In this document: positions 24,092 through 38,100 of the stretch, piece after piece
Numbering within the stretch: the stretch's first letter is position 1
Layout: every line of letters begins with the position of its first letter
DNA from: Laetmonice hystrix
Taxonomy: Eukaryota
DNA: 64,000 nucleotides
Assembly (NCBI GenBank): GCA_965235115.1
Contig: OZ249450.1
Coordinates: 15,066,001 to 15,130,000, forward strand
Reading direction: 5' to 3'
The notes under the pieces: model-generated
Database searches by the model: none
What the model was told of the DNA's origin: nothing
The model's input: the letters and a program-made list of their open reading frames with translations, nothing else
Program-made: the position numbers and the translations under genes

Positions 24092-25545
24092 TTTCTTTCC
24101 CATTGAGAGCCTTCCTTCGCTGTACATAACCTTCTCTACCTTTCTCTTGCCTTCTGTAATGAGATATAATTCCAGCGACAGACAGGTCGGTATCAATTAG
24201 GCTATCGTCTAGCTGACTGGCTTGCCGAGAGACACGCCGGTGTCGGTCATGTTTAGTGTCACTGTTGGCTCGATCCTTCCGTTTCATCTAACAGAGCTCC
24301 GCCCCCGGCTCTTTGCCTGCTCTATCCACTTACTGACGACTCGCTTCAGCTTACCGCACTACCCGTCAAATTCTATCCCAAACTGAAATACTCTACATAC
24401 AGACCTTTGGACGACGGGCGCTCCTCCTTTTCTTTGTTTCTTTGAGAGTTACCGCTCGGGACGTTCGGAACAAGCGAAAATAAGCGAAAAAGATGCTCAA
24501 ATTTAATAACACGAGAGGAAAATATTTGAATATTGGCTTGACTTCACTTGACTTGTCGCCAAGGAAGTTACGGTGGTCAGTGGCCTCACCCTGAGGCTGG
24601 TAATAACAGGGACGGTTGGGTTACCATCCCTGGCTTTACGTGATCAAGTTGGTATCGTTGATTGTCCGAGGGCACTCCTGACTTCCGGTACAGAACTGAC
24701 TGTTTCGATATCAGCCTGTCGTTGAGGCGTGGAACCAGCGGTATCAACATCATATCTATACGACTGGTTACAAAATGGTTATTACACACTCTCAACGTTT
24801 TCTTTTAGAAGTAATTTCATAACAAAATTAACATTTAGATAGTCTCCGAGGTAGATCCCATCAACCCACATCCTAGTCCTACATCCTACGACTGTGAGGT
24901 GTTTTGGAATGCGCAATCTGGGCGACATCGATTCGTCTCGGCTGTTTTCACTTCTCCCTATCCGATCGTCCATTTTCAATCCTACGGCCACCTAATTAAA
25001 CAAACTTCTAACAATAGGTTCTCCTCGGTAATTTGGGGGCCAGCGCAGTAGATTGAACAAGCATGCAGTCCTAATGGCAGGCCTCCAATACTTGGCGAAG
25101 CGGATCTACGGCTTTTTAACGCCTCGTGCTCGGGAACATGACGTCAACATAAGCATGACGTCACACTATACCCCCCCCCCCGCCAAACATAAGCAGAAGA
25201 ACGAATCAAGGTTACGGCATCGATTATATGTGAGTGTTTTAGCAGGGGTGTGTGTACACGGGTGGGCATACACCATACATATGCTCCTACCTAGGTACAA
25301 AATTATTTGAATTTAAGCCAGATTACTCGCCACAAGACACACAAAAATCGGCCTAAGCGTTACGGAAGAACCCCCTTCTTGATCTAGACCCTTCATCTTT
25401 AGGCCTATAGTTCTGACGAAATCCGCCTAAGAGAGTGCTAATCAGCTAGCCCCAAATCTTTTATAGTTTTCTCTATCAGATATATCACAAACTATAATCA
25501 GATTGTGTGCAATTTTTGAGATCCCATTTCCCCTTCTAGGTAACA

Positions 25546-25643
25546 GCAACTCTAAATCCTTTCCCGTAGTTAGCTACAACTCAGAATCATTCCAGTAGAT
25601 AGCTGCAACTCGGAATCGTTTCCATTGGTGTCTATAACAACTT
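25546..25643 (+). repeat. Copy 1 of a ~98-bp dispersed direct repeat
   Basis: About 90% identical to 27405-27502. Internal ~30-bp periodicity gtag(t/a)tagctgcaactc. Confidence 0.85.
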
Positions 25644-26692
25644 TGTCACACGTTCAGAAATTAGTTATTTGGACAATTAACTAATTAAGGGTCGGGTTCG
25701 CCTTAGCCCAGTACAGGGCCGATGTATCGTATGCACTGATTTTCGTAGGCCCAGGGCCAGGCAAGATATAATCTATAAAAGCTGCATCAGTAATGCCACA
25801 AACTTGCAATGAATGTGCTTGGTATTAAAACACAACAGCCAGGTGCTGCAGAATGAATATCAAAAAATGACCAAGGAAGACCATATAAAAATGGCATCAC
25901 TAAACTGGTGAAGTTGCAGGTGAAGCCTATGACGGATGTCTATGAGGGGAGGAGGGGGCCATCGTAACAAAATTTATAATTACCTTTACATGTGCGACGG
26001 ACATTGTAGAATATCTCCTACATTTGCTAATATAAAATATCGTAAGTCATGGGGAAACAACATAAATTGTCATTGAAAACCCATGGAAAATGCATGTGAC
26101 TTGCATGCCTATGGGTGATTTATTTGATGATTTGTTTGCGTGGCCATTGTCTAACTTCGACAAGAATAATAAAAAGAAATAGAGAAGATGAACGATCACA
26201 AGAACCCCCTCCCATTAATGGGATACTAACACCAACTGTATGCTCTATTTTTAACGTCAATGTATTATGTTGTGTCAACGAATTTCTCTGGGATTGGTAA
26301 GAAATGTATGAGAGTTGTGGAGGATGTTAAGGCCAGCTGTGCGTGTCATTCAAATATAGATAGTAGTATTTCCATCCATCCTGCCCTCGTGCCTTGCTTC
26401 TGTCTGGTGGGCTCCTGGCGCCTGCTCAATTGATTGCTGAATATTTCATTACGTTTTGACAGACAGACGTGCCAGTTATTAAGTTGCTTATGCCCAAGGT
26501 TGTTATAACAGCCGAATAATTCATAGGCGTGGAATGGGCTGCGCCCTGCAAAAACATACTTCGAGACACTATGTCTATTTTAGAAGCTATATCACTCAGA
26601 ACTCACCATACCCCCCGACGCGGTCAGTAGCTGTACAATTATTTATTCTATCTGACATCCAACACGACACGCTTCATTTTGATGACTTCGAG

Positions 26693-26902
26693 CGTTCTGG
26701 TGTAACGTAGATCATAATCTTAGAGATAGTTTGGGTGTATCTCCAAACGTTCTGGTGGAAGGTAGATCATAATCTTAGAGATAGCAACGGGGTTTGGGTG
26801 TATCTCCAAACGTTCTGGTGGAAGGTAGATCATAATCTTAGAGATAGCAAAGGAGTTTGGGTGTATCTCCAAACGTTCTGGTGCAAGGTAGATCATAATC
26901 TT
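26693..26902. repeat. 63-bp minisatellite, ~3.5 units
   Basis: gtagatcataatctt recurs at about 26707, 26762, 26825 and 26888. Confidence 0.92.
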
Positions 26903-27404
26903 CCTGACTCAACGACCGACTGACCTAAGGATATCATGTAGAGGTGTTAGTCATTCCTATATTTACATGTATTTCCTTACTTTTGTCTTCACTCGAAGCC
27001 AATTCTCCTCTAGTTTTCTTGCTCCTACTGCTCTACCATAACACGATGCCGCCGCACCTCGTCAGAATATTCATTGTTTAAATATGGGATCATTCAATGT
27101 CTAGTATTCTCCTTAGAAGCCGGGCACACACTAAATGGTGCCGATATAACAGTAACATAGGGACACTTACCATTCGCGTTCCTGGCCACATATATTACAA
27201 TGAAATATTTAGAGCAGTTAACCGCACCATAGAAAAAGGTCCACAGAGCTGGTCGCTTGAAAACCAGGCCACACGTCATGAATTACATATTTTACGTGTC
27301 AAACACTGGCGCAGCGTGGTCTTTACTCCGCATATTCTTTTAGTGAGATGCTGTTATCCGGACAGTGGAAACCCAAACGTTAAAACCCAGCCTTGTAGTT
27401 AACT

Positions 27405-27502
27405 GCAACTCTAACTTCTTTCCCGTAGTTAGCTGCAACTCAAAATCATTCCAGTAGATAGCTGCAACTCGGAATCGTTTCCATTGGTGTCTATAGCAAC
27501 TT
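27405..27502 (+). repeat. Copy 2 of the ~98-bp dispersed direct repeat
   Basis: Matches 25546-25643. Confidence 0.85.
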
Positions 27503-27559
27503 GGTCAGAGGACTAGTCTCGACCGGTCTCCAGCCTTCCTCCCTACCCAGGACATAATC

Positions 27560-27594
27560 GGGCAGGGCAGGGCAGGGCAGGGCAGGGCAGGGCA
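27560..27594 (+). repeat. (GGGCA)7 microsatellite, potential G-quadruplex
   Basis: Seven perfect GGGCA units. Confidence 0.9.
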
Positions 27595-27635
27595 GGTGCC
27601 TCCTTACATCTAATAGCGAGGTCCTTACGCACTTA

Positions 27636-28569
27636 CTAACACTTACATTGTTTCTGTATCCTTATTCCCTCATATATGTATACGCAATCTGTATTTGTCA
27701 ACATACCGCCAGCCCCTAACCTTCTTCCGAGGAAACCTGCAGAACCCTGATTCTGAATACCCTGAGGGGTCCCTCTGTATGGATCGGTTCCTGAAGGTTT
27801 CCAGAGACGTTCCCATTCCGTGTATGTCACACCGAGACAAAAAGTACCCAGGTTCATCACATATATAACAAGAATAATATCCGCTTGAGTTATATGGATT
27901 ATGTACGTAGTCAGTCACGGCTTCAGGCCGCTCCGCACAGTTGCGTTGAACTAAAGCTACCATCAATCTTGTTGGTTGTTCCCCGATTTGTTGGTGCCTA
28001 TCAGTGTTTGCTACGCCCCAGCACGCCAATCCCCCCAATAGCTAAGAAAAACTGCGTTTACCTTTCATCTAAATTGTATTTATAACCCTAATTGTCAAAC
28101 ACAAATCGGTCCACCATTTCTTTAGCATTGTCTAAAATCTTCCACGCATTTTGATCCAAGCAAGAAGCGAAACCTTGCTATGCGAAGAAGTGCGGTAACT
28201 CTGCACTTCGACAAGGAAGATACGCCTGTAGTTGTCCGGCCCATTTAGTCTGGAAGTATTCAAAGCTTTCGGTGAGAGATAATTATCCAGACTGACGCTA
28301 ACGTTCAAACTTTTTAACCTTCCTTTCAAAGACTGAACATGAATGGATAGCTCCCACTTGGAAGACCTGCACGCCTCTTGTAGTCCAACATCATTCGAGT
28401 AATTTATCACAGATCTCACCTCGTGGTCTTCTAACTTGTAGTGTATTTTTAACATATACCTGTCCTCTATACCTATACATGTGCACATTACTCTACCGTC
28501 TGTTGTCATATTCAGTTTAACTGACCCTGTGGGATGTAACTGATAACGCAATCTGACAAAAATCTCCAT
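27636..28569 (-). mobile_element. Decayed Ty3/Gypsy-like gag-protease remnant
   Basis: Zinc knuckle CYICDEPGYFLSRC at 27829-27870 (CX2CX4HX4C with His to Tyr, one base change). Downstream frame MLTNTDCVYIY resembles a degraded LxDTG aspartic protease motif. Upstream 145-aa ORF is weakly gag-like. Confidence 0.55.
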
Positions 28570-31500
28570 ATTATGCCAGCTTACCTGAAGTACCAGAAGC
28601 TGGCAAGTGCTGACCTAGCACATTTAAACCGCCTTGCTGCACGATACCACTGCAGTATACTGACTTGACAATACGGACAACGTATACTAATGATCATAAG
28701 GAATAAAAACATGGATGCGCGGAGACTGAGGCTTGATGTCATCAAGCCACAGACTAATATTAACAATTGTGTTCAATGATAATGTAGATATTACCAGCGA
28801 TAACTTGACCAGGAACACGAAGGTGTTCTCCGACTGAAACACAGCTCCACTATGTAGATTCTGTGGCGGTATACAACCATCTGTACCGACAGTCGCAACA
28901 GTACGCACTTCCTACAGCTAAGGGCCAATTATGATGTGATTTCATTTGGTCTGCAACATTGCCATCTCGATACCTGCATCAGTGATGTGACAGGTTCGAA
29001 AGAAAATGTACAGTACCCTAATCATCTGTGGCGTCAGGAGACATGGTACATGAAGCCAACACATGGCAATTTATTTAATAGCTTTGGAACAAGAACCCCC
29101 TTCACAGACAACATCCCGCTCGAGCGCTGGGAAAGCGGGCTCAGTCGGCGCATGGGTTTTAGAGTGTTACTATCGAATGCTGTTGGGAACAGGATATATT
29201 GAACGTGGCTCCTCTTGGGAAGTGGGGACCCGGCAATCTCGTTTGGCGCGAGAATTTACTGATAAGTTTTTCAGAGGGATTAAAAAGCGTTGCCGGCAAC
29301 GTAGGTTCAGGTGTCTGCATGCCTCGGCTGAGTTACAACATCTCGCGAGGATTCTCAACGTGTGCATCTTGTAACATGGGGCTGAGGTCATGATATCACG
29401 TGACTTGAAAGTCTCCCGAGATTATAACGGGAAGGGTAACAAATGGTGTTTAGTGAGGAAGATTGTCGTGTGGCGGGTTGCAATTTCGTTTTGAAATGTG
29501 TGGGTTATTTGAGAAATTTCCCCACCTTCCTTAGATTTAATTTCTTTATTTGCAATAAAAGTCGATCTCCCCATTCTTTCCCTACGAAAGTGTCCTCCCC
29601 TTGTCGACCCCCAAACAAATTAACCGGAAATAGAAAGGAACATAAAAATGGTCCTATCGCATGTCTATAGTGCGTTTTGGCATCAGTATTTCTCATATTC
29701 TGTTCTCAGAGGGAACTGACATGGAGAAGATCAGAAAGTTTAAAGGTAAATCTTGTCCTCCTACGCCACTCGACCAAAATAAGCCATTGTTATAATCGAG
29801 TCGAATTCTTCCCAAAGACGAATTATATTGCAGCGAAATATTTGGTCGGTGGGAAACACATCTTTAATTAAACTACAAGAAGCCATCATGATCAAGGTTT
29901 AGAAGTTAGATACAATTATTCTCTATTGAAGAGTAAAGAAGATAATGAGCAACACGCATATAACCAAATATGTTAATTGCACAATCGCCACGCGCCATTT
30001 GGCGGTTTAACTAAAACTAATCCATTACTTTCGTTTCATGTAAATACAACAATTTAAAACTCCTCCTATAAGCAATTTAATTATTCCCCCGGGAAATAGT
30101 TCTATTGAAGAACCCCGTCCTTTAATCGGCATTTCTTACTTCCATCAGCAGCGCATGCTTCGCTTGGAATTAGTTAAACATGTACTTATCGAACGCTTCT
30201 GTTGGACCCTCTCAAAACACAAATTGCTGTAAAATTATCAATTAATTATCCAATTAGTACTGTGAAATCCGTCTAAAAAAACAATCTTGAGCATCTGCTG
30301 AATGGTACGTAAGACCGCACAGTAACCTCGTGAGAGTCCAAAGGGAGTCGTTCCGACAAGGCTTGAAACATCCCCCATATTGCGAACACTGTGGGCTTTA
30401 GGCTAGTTCCAACCATGCAGTTTCCCAGAATCCTACCAACCAAAATAGTGCCAATAAAGGTTTAGTCATCTATACATTTCTCAAACCTATTTTGGGAGCA
30501 GCCAATAACGGAGAAATTATTGTCTCTGATGTCTCATTGGGGTTAATGAGTGCGGCGATGTCTTTAACACTTTCACCTCTCCTCATACTTTTAATTAAGT
30601 CATTCCGTTTATCCTCACACGGATTTGTGTGAAATGTAATAAATTATGTCCAAACCGGTTCGGGCATTGAGTCACTCATTGCAGGCATACCTTCGCAATA
30701 TATATTTTTATATATAGTACGCCTACGGACTTCTTTCAGCAGGCCGTACATCAGCAAGTTCCATGAGATATGCATACAAATAAACTGGTCTTTGACTAGT
30801 TACTTGCAGTGACCAGTCAGTATTATCTCCATCGTGCAATAAGACGAGCTGATTATGCATTTTCTCTCCTGTCCTCACCAAAAAGGATTTATCCGAGAAC
30901 ATGCCTATCCTTTCACTTTAATTTTATTTTTAGAACACAAATGGATGGAATGGAACGCCGACTAATGTTTCGTTAATGAAATTAACATTAAGCCCGCTTG
31001 ATAGCACCATGCTTTAACCCATCCTAACCGTGCAGAATTAAAGCACCCGAAAATAACGATATTTAAGTACGAATCTACCGGTAAAGAATTTTGAATTACG
31101 TACTGTGAAAAATCACATTGGCAATGTCCGAATGAGACGACTGGAACCTTTTGTACGACAGCATGTATACTTCCCGTTCGATGTTGACGGTTGTCTAATA
31201 AATTGCTGAAGCATTCTCTGCAGATCGTGTCCAGGATGCAGTAATTAGAGAGCTGTGTATACTTTATCACGACAGCTAATGTCTATACTGTACTCGCGTT
31301 CTGTTCATGTCTTCTTGTAATTACACCCTGTCAGTGAGCTATGATTGACGTCACTGCCTTTATTACTGCCTCATCGGAAAACTGTATCCGTCGGAGGTGT
31401 ACGGCTGCTTTGTATTCTAATCAAAACTATGGCGTGACAAAAACAAGAGAATAATAAAAATGCCTTATAAAAATACGGTCCGTGAAATATAAATAGCGAT

Positions 31501-32053
31501 GTCTCATGCCCAACCAACCACAAGATGTATGTTTGGGCTATTCGTACCTAGCCCAAACTTCAACCAGGGACTGCAGTATAAACTTTCAGATATTTTACCA
31601 ATAGAAATGTATGATTTGGAGAGTACACTTACTGTAGGATTGAACCTCCTGAGAGGGAGGCGGTGTCGGCTAGGACCGCCGTTCTGCCGTTTACCAGTTG
31701 GCCCACAGGTGGCGATACTGGCGCACCCCCCGGCAGATCACGTGACAACCAGGCACAAAGATGGCGACGAGGACGCAATAAACGTTGTCCCATTGGTCCG
31801 TCGACGGATGTCGGGCACAGCGCATGGTCTGAAATGTATAATAGAAAACAAAAGGTCACTTTGGAACCAGTATTTAAAACATTAGACAGATGTAATCGAG
31901 TATGTTTATTATGAGGTGAAGGAAGGAGAGACTGATGGTAACGACTTGTCTTGAACAGGGCGGGAACAGGGGGCTGTTTCGGACCAAAAATTTCAGGCGC
32001 TACAACCAAGCGACAGACTGTCCGTCGCCGGTCGGATCCATTCAGGATCCATT

Positions 32054-32120
32054 CAGTGTAACCGTTGACGTTTTGTAATTTCACCCTGTCACCTTATAAG
32101 GTATGGGTTCATCAGCACTA
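32054..32120 (-). ncRNA. Type I hammerhead-ribozyme-like motif, stem III defective
   Basis: Minus strand: uagug-CUGAUGA-accc...gggu-GAAA...UA-cacug. Core, stem I and stem II pair; stem III does not. Confidence 0.45.
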
Positions 32121-35100
32121 TAATAGCAACATAATCCGCTGATAAACTCAAGGCGAGATAGAGTCTAATGTATATAAAAAAACACTGTTGCCATAACCTT
32201 CCTTCGTACACTTGGTTACATTCACATTGGTCGATATTTCTGCACTCTCATTTATCGTGTACCGGTGAAAGGCAACACCGATGACATGTCATAAACAACG
32301 CCGTGATTGGCTGTTACGTGACTAACTGCCTGCACAGACACAAGTCAAGGTGTACGTCAAACAGAAGGCCTCACCAATACAGACGGATCGACTACTGCCG
32401 ACAGATATCGGTTTCAAAGTGGATCGCTCTGCATACAATCATATGCACCTTAAGGCTGATTGCTTACAATAACAACATGCCTAGACCACTGACGTCGATA
32501 AAACAATATCATGATACGTCGTGTAATGTCTCGCACAGAGCGGCGTCGATGACGTACAATAGTCGTAAACCGTTGCGTTGTGACGTCACTGAGCGAGCGA
32601 CCAGTTTTATATGGAGATGCTGAGACAAGGGCGTCTTGGTTGAGAGAAGACATTAATCTTAAGGTCTAACCTTGAGTTGGTTCACCTTCAACAGGAAACC
32701 TGATCGCGGCAGCCCTTTGGTATTTACACTGGGCAAGTAGTGAGTCAATAACATTGTTAACAAGTTATTGATTTACAATGTTTGTTCAGAGGTCTAATGA
32801 AGCAAACAATATACTTATCTCGAAAACAAAATTCTTAACCTGTTGAAAAACAAGCATTTATCGATGGCCAATGATAAAGTTTCAGAATTCGAAATAACAA
32901 AGGAATTAACATCGGAGCTGCAGACAGCGCCCACGTAAGACGAAATTGAAGGAGGCACGCGAGCGAGTGGCCAAATACACCTTGGGTGGTCGAGTAACTT
33001 TGGCGTCTTGTACGGCGCCAACTATAGGAAACACAACGATCATAACGATACCGTAACTGGCTCACCTCCAAAATACCCAACTCTACCTTACTGTCTGGCT
33101 CTCTATAACTTATTCAGAACGCACAGCTGTGTTTTGGTGAGGCTCCTTTCAGAAAACATTCGTAAGGTCTCCCAGCGGTGTAATGTCATACAGGTTATTA
33201 CTGACGCAGAGAGGGCAAAGATTATGATGATATTAAAGAAATTCAATGTATGATCACAATTCGTGATGACTTGAATCAATTGCCTTCCATCACATTTCCT
33301 AGAATCATCGTACAGAGTATAGCCCAGCGGAAACTCTTATTTCCTCAAACATACTTAGGAATACCAATTGCGAAAATCACGCCATTCCAAGGTCAATACT
33401 CTAAAACTATCATTGGTTGCAGCCATCTGGCTGAAATACAATGTTGATGTTTCCCTCCAGTCTAGGGCTGTTTTAAGTAGGACAAACAATTACAGGTAGA
33501 AACCTCTTCGATAGAGGCCTAGCTGTTCCTATTAACTTCTATGGAAAGGTCGCAGTTTAATAGATATCAAAAATAACTCAATATTGATTATATTTCAAAA
33601 AGGAAATGGGATTGGCAAATAAAGAGCCAAAGGTTAACTTTGAAGATGCATGCAAATGGTTGCATCCCGTTGAGACAGTGCCAACGTTGGTCCGCTGTTA
33701 GTGGGACCATAAAATAGGGTTCTTCGAGTAGGGGAGATAAGTGTGTTACACGATAACGTCTACGGCGTCGCCCACATGGACACAGAGCGCCTGACTGCAG
33801 GCAGTTTGCCCAATGCCCTGGGGACACCAAGAAAGTCAGCAACCCCGTTTCCTTCTTCCAATAGATCATTTACATACCATTTTAACGTCATTGCTGTATA
33901 GGCCCCCAAAACACGATAATCTTAAAACATTGCTGCTTTTTTATCATAGGCATCGGTCTGGGAAACTTTCCCCTGCTTTATTCACTGCGAACCTGGTCAG
34001 TGGCACCATCGGTCGGTCCCTTAGTTACGAGCAACGGCGGACGCCGCAGATAAATCGATATTTATCTCAGACAGCAATCATCGTCATATTGATATATAAT
34101 AGGTGGCGCGTCAGTCAGCGTACCGATGGACGGAGGCTGTGTATGGTCCTCGCCCTCATTTTTTCTCAACGCCAATATCCGTCTGAGCGTTAAAAGCATA
34201 GAACTGCACTCATTGTCGCTCGATATTATCTTAGGGGGCACATAAGTAAGTGCAAGGAGGGGCCGTTCATCGTGTCGATAGTGATCATTGACCAACACTA
34301 TGTTTGGGATCCGAGTCAAGGAGACACACTATCGGTACGTTCCATTCTCCTCGGGAAAGCAGTCAATGGGAGCCGTGAAATCTCTCATCGTTTGTCTCAC
34401 TACACCACCTCTCAACCAGTCGACCATGGGATCATCCAGCCAGCCATTAATCTAGCCATACCCTATAATGAGCAAACGATACTCGCAAAAACTATACAGT
34501 CAGAGGACAAAGCGAGAAGTTCTGCAATCTCTGTATACTTATACGGGCTAAAGTGGACGTTATAACCACGCCATAGCCTCAACTTTAATCAGACTTTTCA
34601 GTCGTAATGCTAAACCGTTTCCAATACAGTCTCATTGATTTTCATCATGGGTAGCTGCACCAAATGACTGGAATTTACGTATATTTATGTAATGTACAAT
34701 AGGCCTAAAGTGCTCCTGACCAAAATTCCCGATATGCAATGAACACAATAGGTTCGGATCGCAGCACAATGGGTTAATCAGGGAAGCACCATACTTTATA
34801 AAATGTTGCACATAGTACTTTTAGCACTCAACACTGTTGATGCCTTTTGTATTCCACAGGTTTAACGCGACTGCATTGTACCAACGGCTTGTAGGCCTAA
34901 TGTAGTTTGCTTTTTATGACCGCCGTACTAAATTATTATAGTGCTTTGACACTGCTAACGACAATTATCACCATTGCACCAAATGAGGTGATATTGTCAA
35001 AAGGCTGTGGGTGTTGTTGGTTTGGAAGCATGTAGTAAGCGCTCCCATACATTAATCATCAGGGTCGGCGTGCATGTCCTAGAGCTGAGCTCCCATCACA

Positions 35101-38100
35101 TGAGCATGGTATTATTACCTGTTATACAGAGAGGTGCGCCTAGACGTACGGCCGATCACGGACAGCATGCGCCATCCCAGAGAAACGCGCATCAGGCGGG
35201 GGATGGTCCAAGCAATAAAGTCCACGCCTCGCTGGGAGACATTCATTGCCTGGCAACAACCATGTTAGTTACTTACGTCGCGGTCGACGATTTTTCCACG
35301 CTCCAATCCCGAAGGTAGAACATGGTGTTCACTGTCGACATCTAGACAGATCAGAAGAGGAGCATGTACTCTGCTATAGGGAGAGCGCTGCCCAAACACC
35401 CACCCCCACCACCCGTTCTCCGGCGGCTGTACTTCAGGCTTGGTTCCTTACATACCCACCAGCCATCCGTCATAGCGTCCAGGAAGGCCACACATTGTCT
35501 TGAAACATATCGGCACGGTATCCCCATATTGGCAGAGAAGACATGGCACGCTCTTGCTGCTGGTGCAGACGACAGAACCTATTGGAGGGTGCATGGGCAC
35601 GGCCAGCGCAAGGTCAATACGGTGGCGCCCCCACCGGTCGGGCTGATCAACCATCCAGGCACGGTTCCCCAGCATCCCGAACAGTTCTAACTTTAGAAGC
35701 AAAGTCAGCTCCTTCCTTTACCATTAACCTTAGAAAATGACGTCATGCGTGTTGCAAGGAAACTATAATATGACTTGTTAGGTGCATATCAAATTCTCTT
35801 TTAGTATCATTGTAAGGAAAGTAGATTGTAAACTGTATAAAAGTGGTATGTAGCTGTTTAGATGTGTGTGTCCAGCTTTAAGACGGTACTCCCTTCATGA
35901 TGTACGTATAATATATCTCAATTCTATTGTAAAATCGAAGTAACATGCCACAAATTTGTGTTTAACCACCCAGACAGTCTCCGTACCACTCGGTCCACCC
36001 ACCAATCCCATCCAACTAGTTTTCTTGTGCCGTTCTTTGATGTCTCTCACCAAACTCGGCCCGCCTGGTGCCAGCTTCATCGCCAGCTTAAAAAGGAAAG
36101 CCATAACTAATGATGATGATAGGAGAAAACGAAAAATGCTCACACAGTCTCCAGGCAGTGGTGTCAGACTCGGCAGGCGATGTCTGAAGAGTGTGGCCGA
36201 TTTGGGCCAGGTACGTTTTCATAATACCGAGCACGAGTTACACAACGCTTTTATAATAAACCCGCGGCGACCCACAACTATTTGAATTACCACACACTTA
36301 TCTCCTTAATGTGTCATCCTCCCTAAATTACCCTCAGTGCCCTTGATATTTTACACATAAATTCCACTTTTTCTGACAAGTCTATATCCTCTGGTATATT
36401 GAGTTGATTTCTCACCCCACAATGTACTATATGTGCCGGAGATAAACGGTGATTGTCGTGGCCATCATCGGCTCCATTCGACGAAAGGTTATTTCCTCTT
36501 GTGTATGTACACATTTCAAGTCCCATGTAGATCTACGCGGCGGGTATGCCGACATGCCTACCAGTGACAGCCAAATTGCATGTCGTCTCGTTGGATGGCC
36601 CTGTGTGGTTGGCCTCCCGGTGAGTATGGCCTGATTCATCGTCTGGTATATACGAAGTCAGAGAGATGTACAATATACGCCCACCACATCGACACACCCA
36701 TATATATTTCTTACAGTGAACATTGATTTGTATACTCATCCTTCCCGGCCTGCTCTCACCACATCTATACACGTACACATCCAATATCTTATGGCCCACA
36801 TTAACCGAGGTGTCACCTTCAATACTGGAAAGTACATGGGTTTATTTTACACACATTAAAGACCCGTCCCGACTATATAACGACGAAGTTAATCCCTCCC
36901 AGTATGAATCAGCCTTACCCATTATCTGTAAACTCAAGTTCAAACAATCACCAGTTATGAAAAACAACATCCCGTCAGAGTCACAGCCCCAAATTGGGTA
37001 GAGACTAGGTGTTCATCCATCATTTGTAGTAAGTGGTTATCTTGAAGGGTTTTCGAGATATGAACTATCATCCCGACCTTGAATTGATTGACCTCACAAT
37101 GTCACTCAATATAAACGGAAATAGTGACAAATGAAACTTAATATACCTTCCTTACCTTAGATTATAGACATTGTACAATAAATCGTACGCTTGTTCCCCT
37201 TCATATCGGGATTGTTTTGTTCGAGTTATTACTGGAAATGTTTTTACATCCATATGGCTGCCGAACGGCCATTTTTAACGATATCAAAAAATCCTTCGAC
37301 GAGCATCATGCACGGAGGTACACAATATTGTGTTAAAATATGAAAAAGGATTGGGCGACGCGTTATTGAGATATCGCTGTCCACGCACAGGCGAATCACG
37401 TTTGCTCCTCCAGATTCGCTATTGTTAGAAGTAAATCGACACATGATCGCTGTAATATGATATATTTCTCTACAGACAGGACAGGTTATATCTGGAAAGG
37501 TTGATACAATTGAAGCACTTTAATAGCCATGTAAATACACCTTAAACTATTGAGGTCTAAAGTGCATAAGTGAAAAACATGCACACCCAAAACAAATACT
37601 TCACGGCAGTATTGTATTGTGATTCACATAAAAACCATTCCAAGACAACTGATTGCTGTTCATGGTTTTCAGCTGCCCCCACTTAATCCCCCAGGGTTGA
37701 CCTCGCAGGTCAACCCATGTACTAACGCCTCAATCACTGCCTGTCAACTTGTCAACCTGCCAGTGTCGCCGGCCCAGTGAACATCAATTTGGTCATAGTT
37801 TCTGTAATCGAATAGTGGATCCCATGTCGCCAAGGTTTTCCATACACATTGAGTTTTTTTTGCTATATTTGCGAAATATATGACTTAGATTGTGATGCTA
37901 TCCGGATTCTGAATGGACATGAATATCTCTGCGGTGGCGTATTGTCACATATGTTTCTGTCCTTGCATTTTGTGTCTCGATACGATATTTGAACGTTTGG
38001 GCCTATTCTCCAATAACACTTCACCAGGCCGGACAGCATGGATTCGGTGACAGCTGAGGACATTGGGGGCTTGTACCTTTGACCACTGTAACCATAGAAA

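Noticed and set aside
35448-35640. ACHVFSANMGIPCRY as a Mutator SWIM finger
   Set aside because: The first Cys and the His are missing and no DDE domain is visible nearby; too weak to call.
36950-37000. GCDSDGMLFF as family-B polymerase motif C
   Set aside because: Only a partial match to YxDTDS, and motifs A and B are absent upstream.
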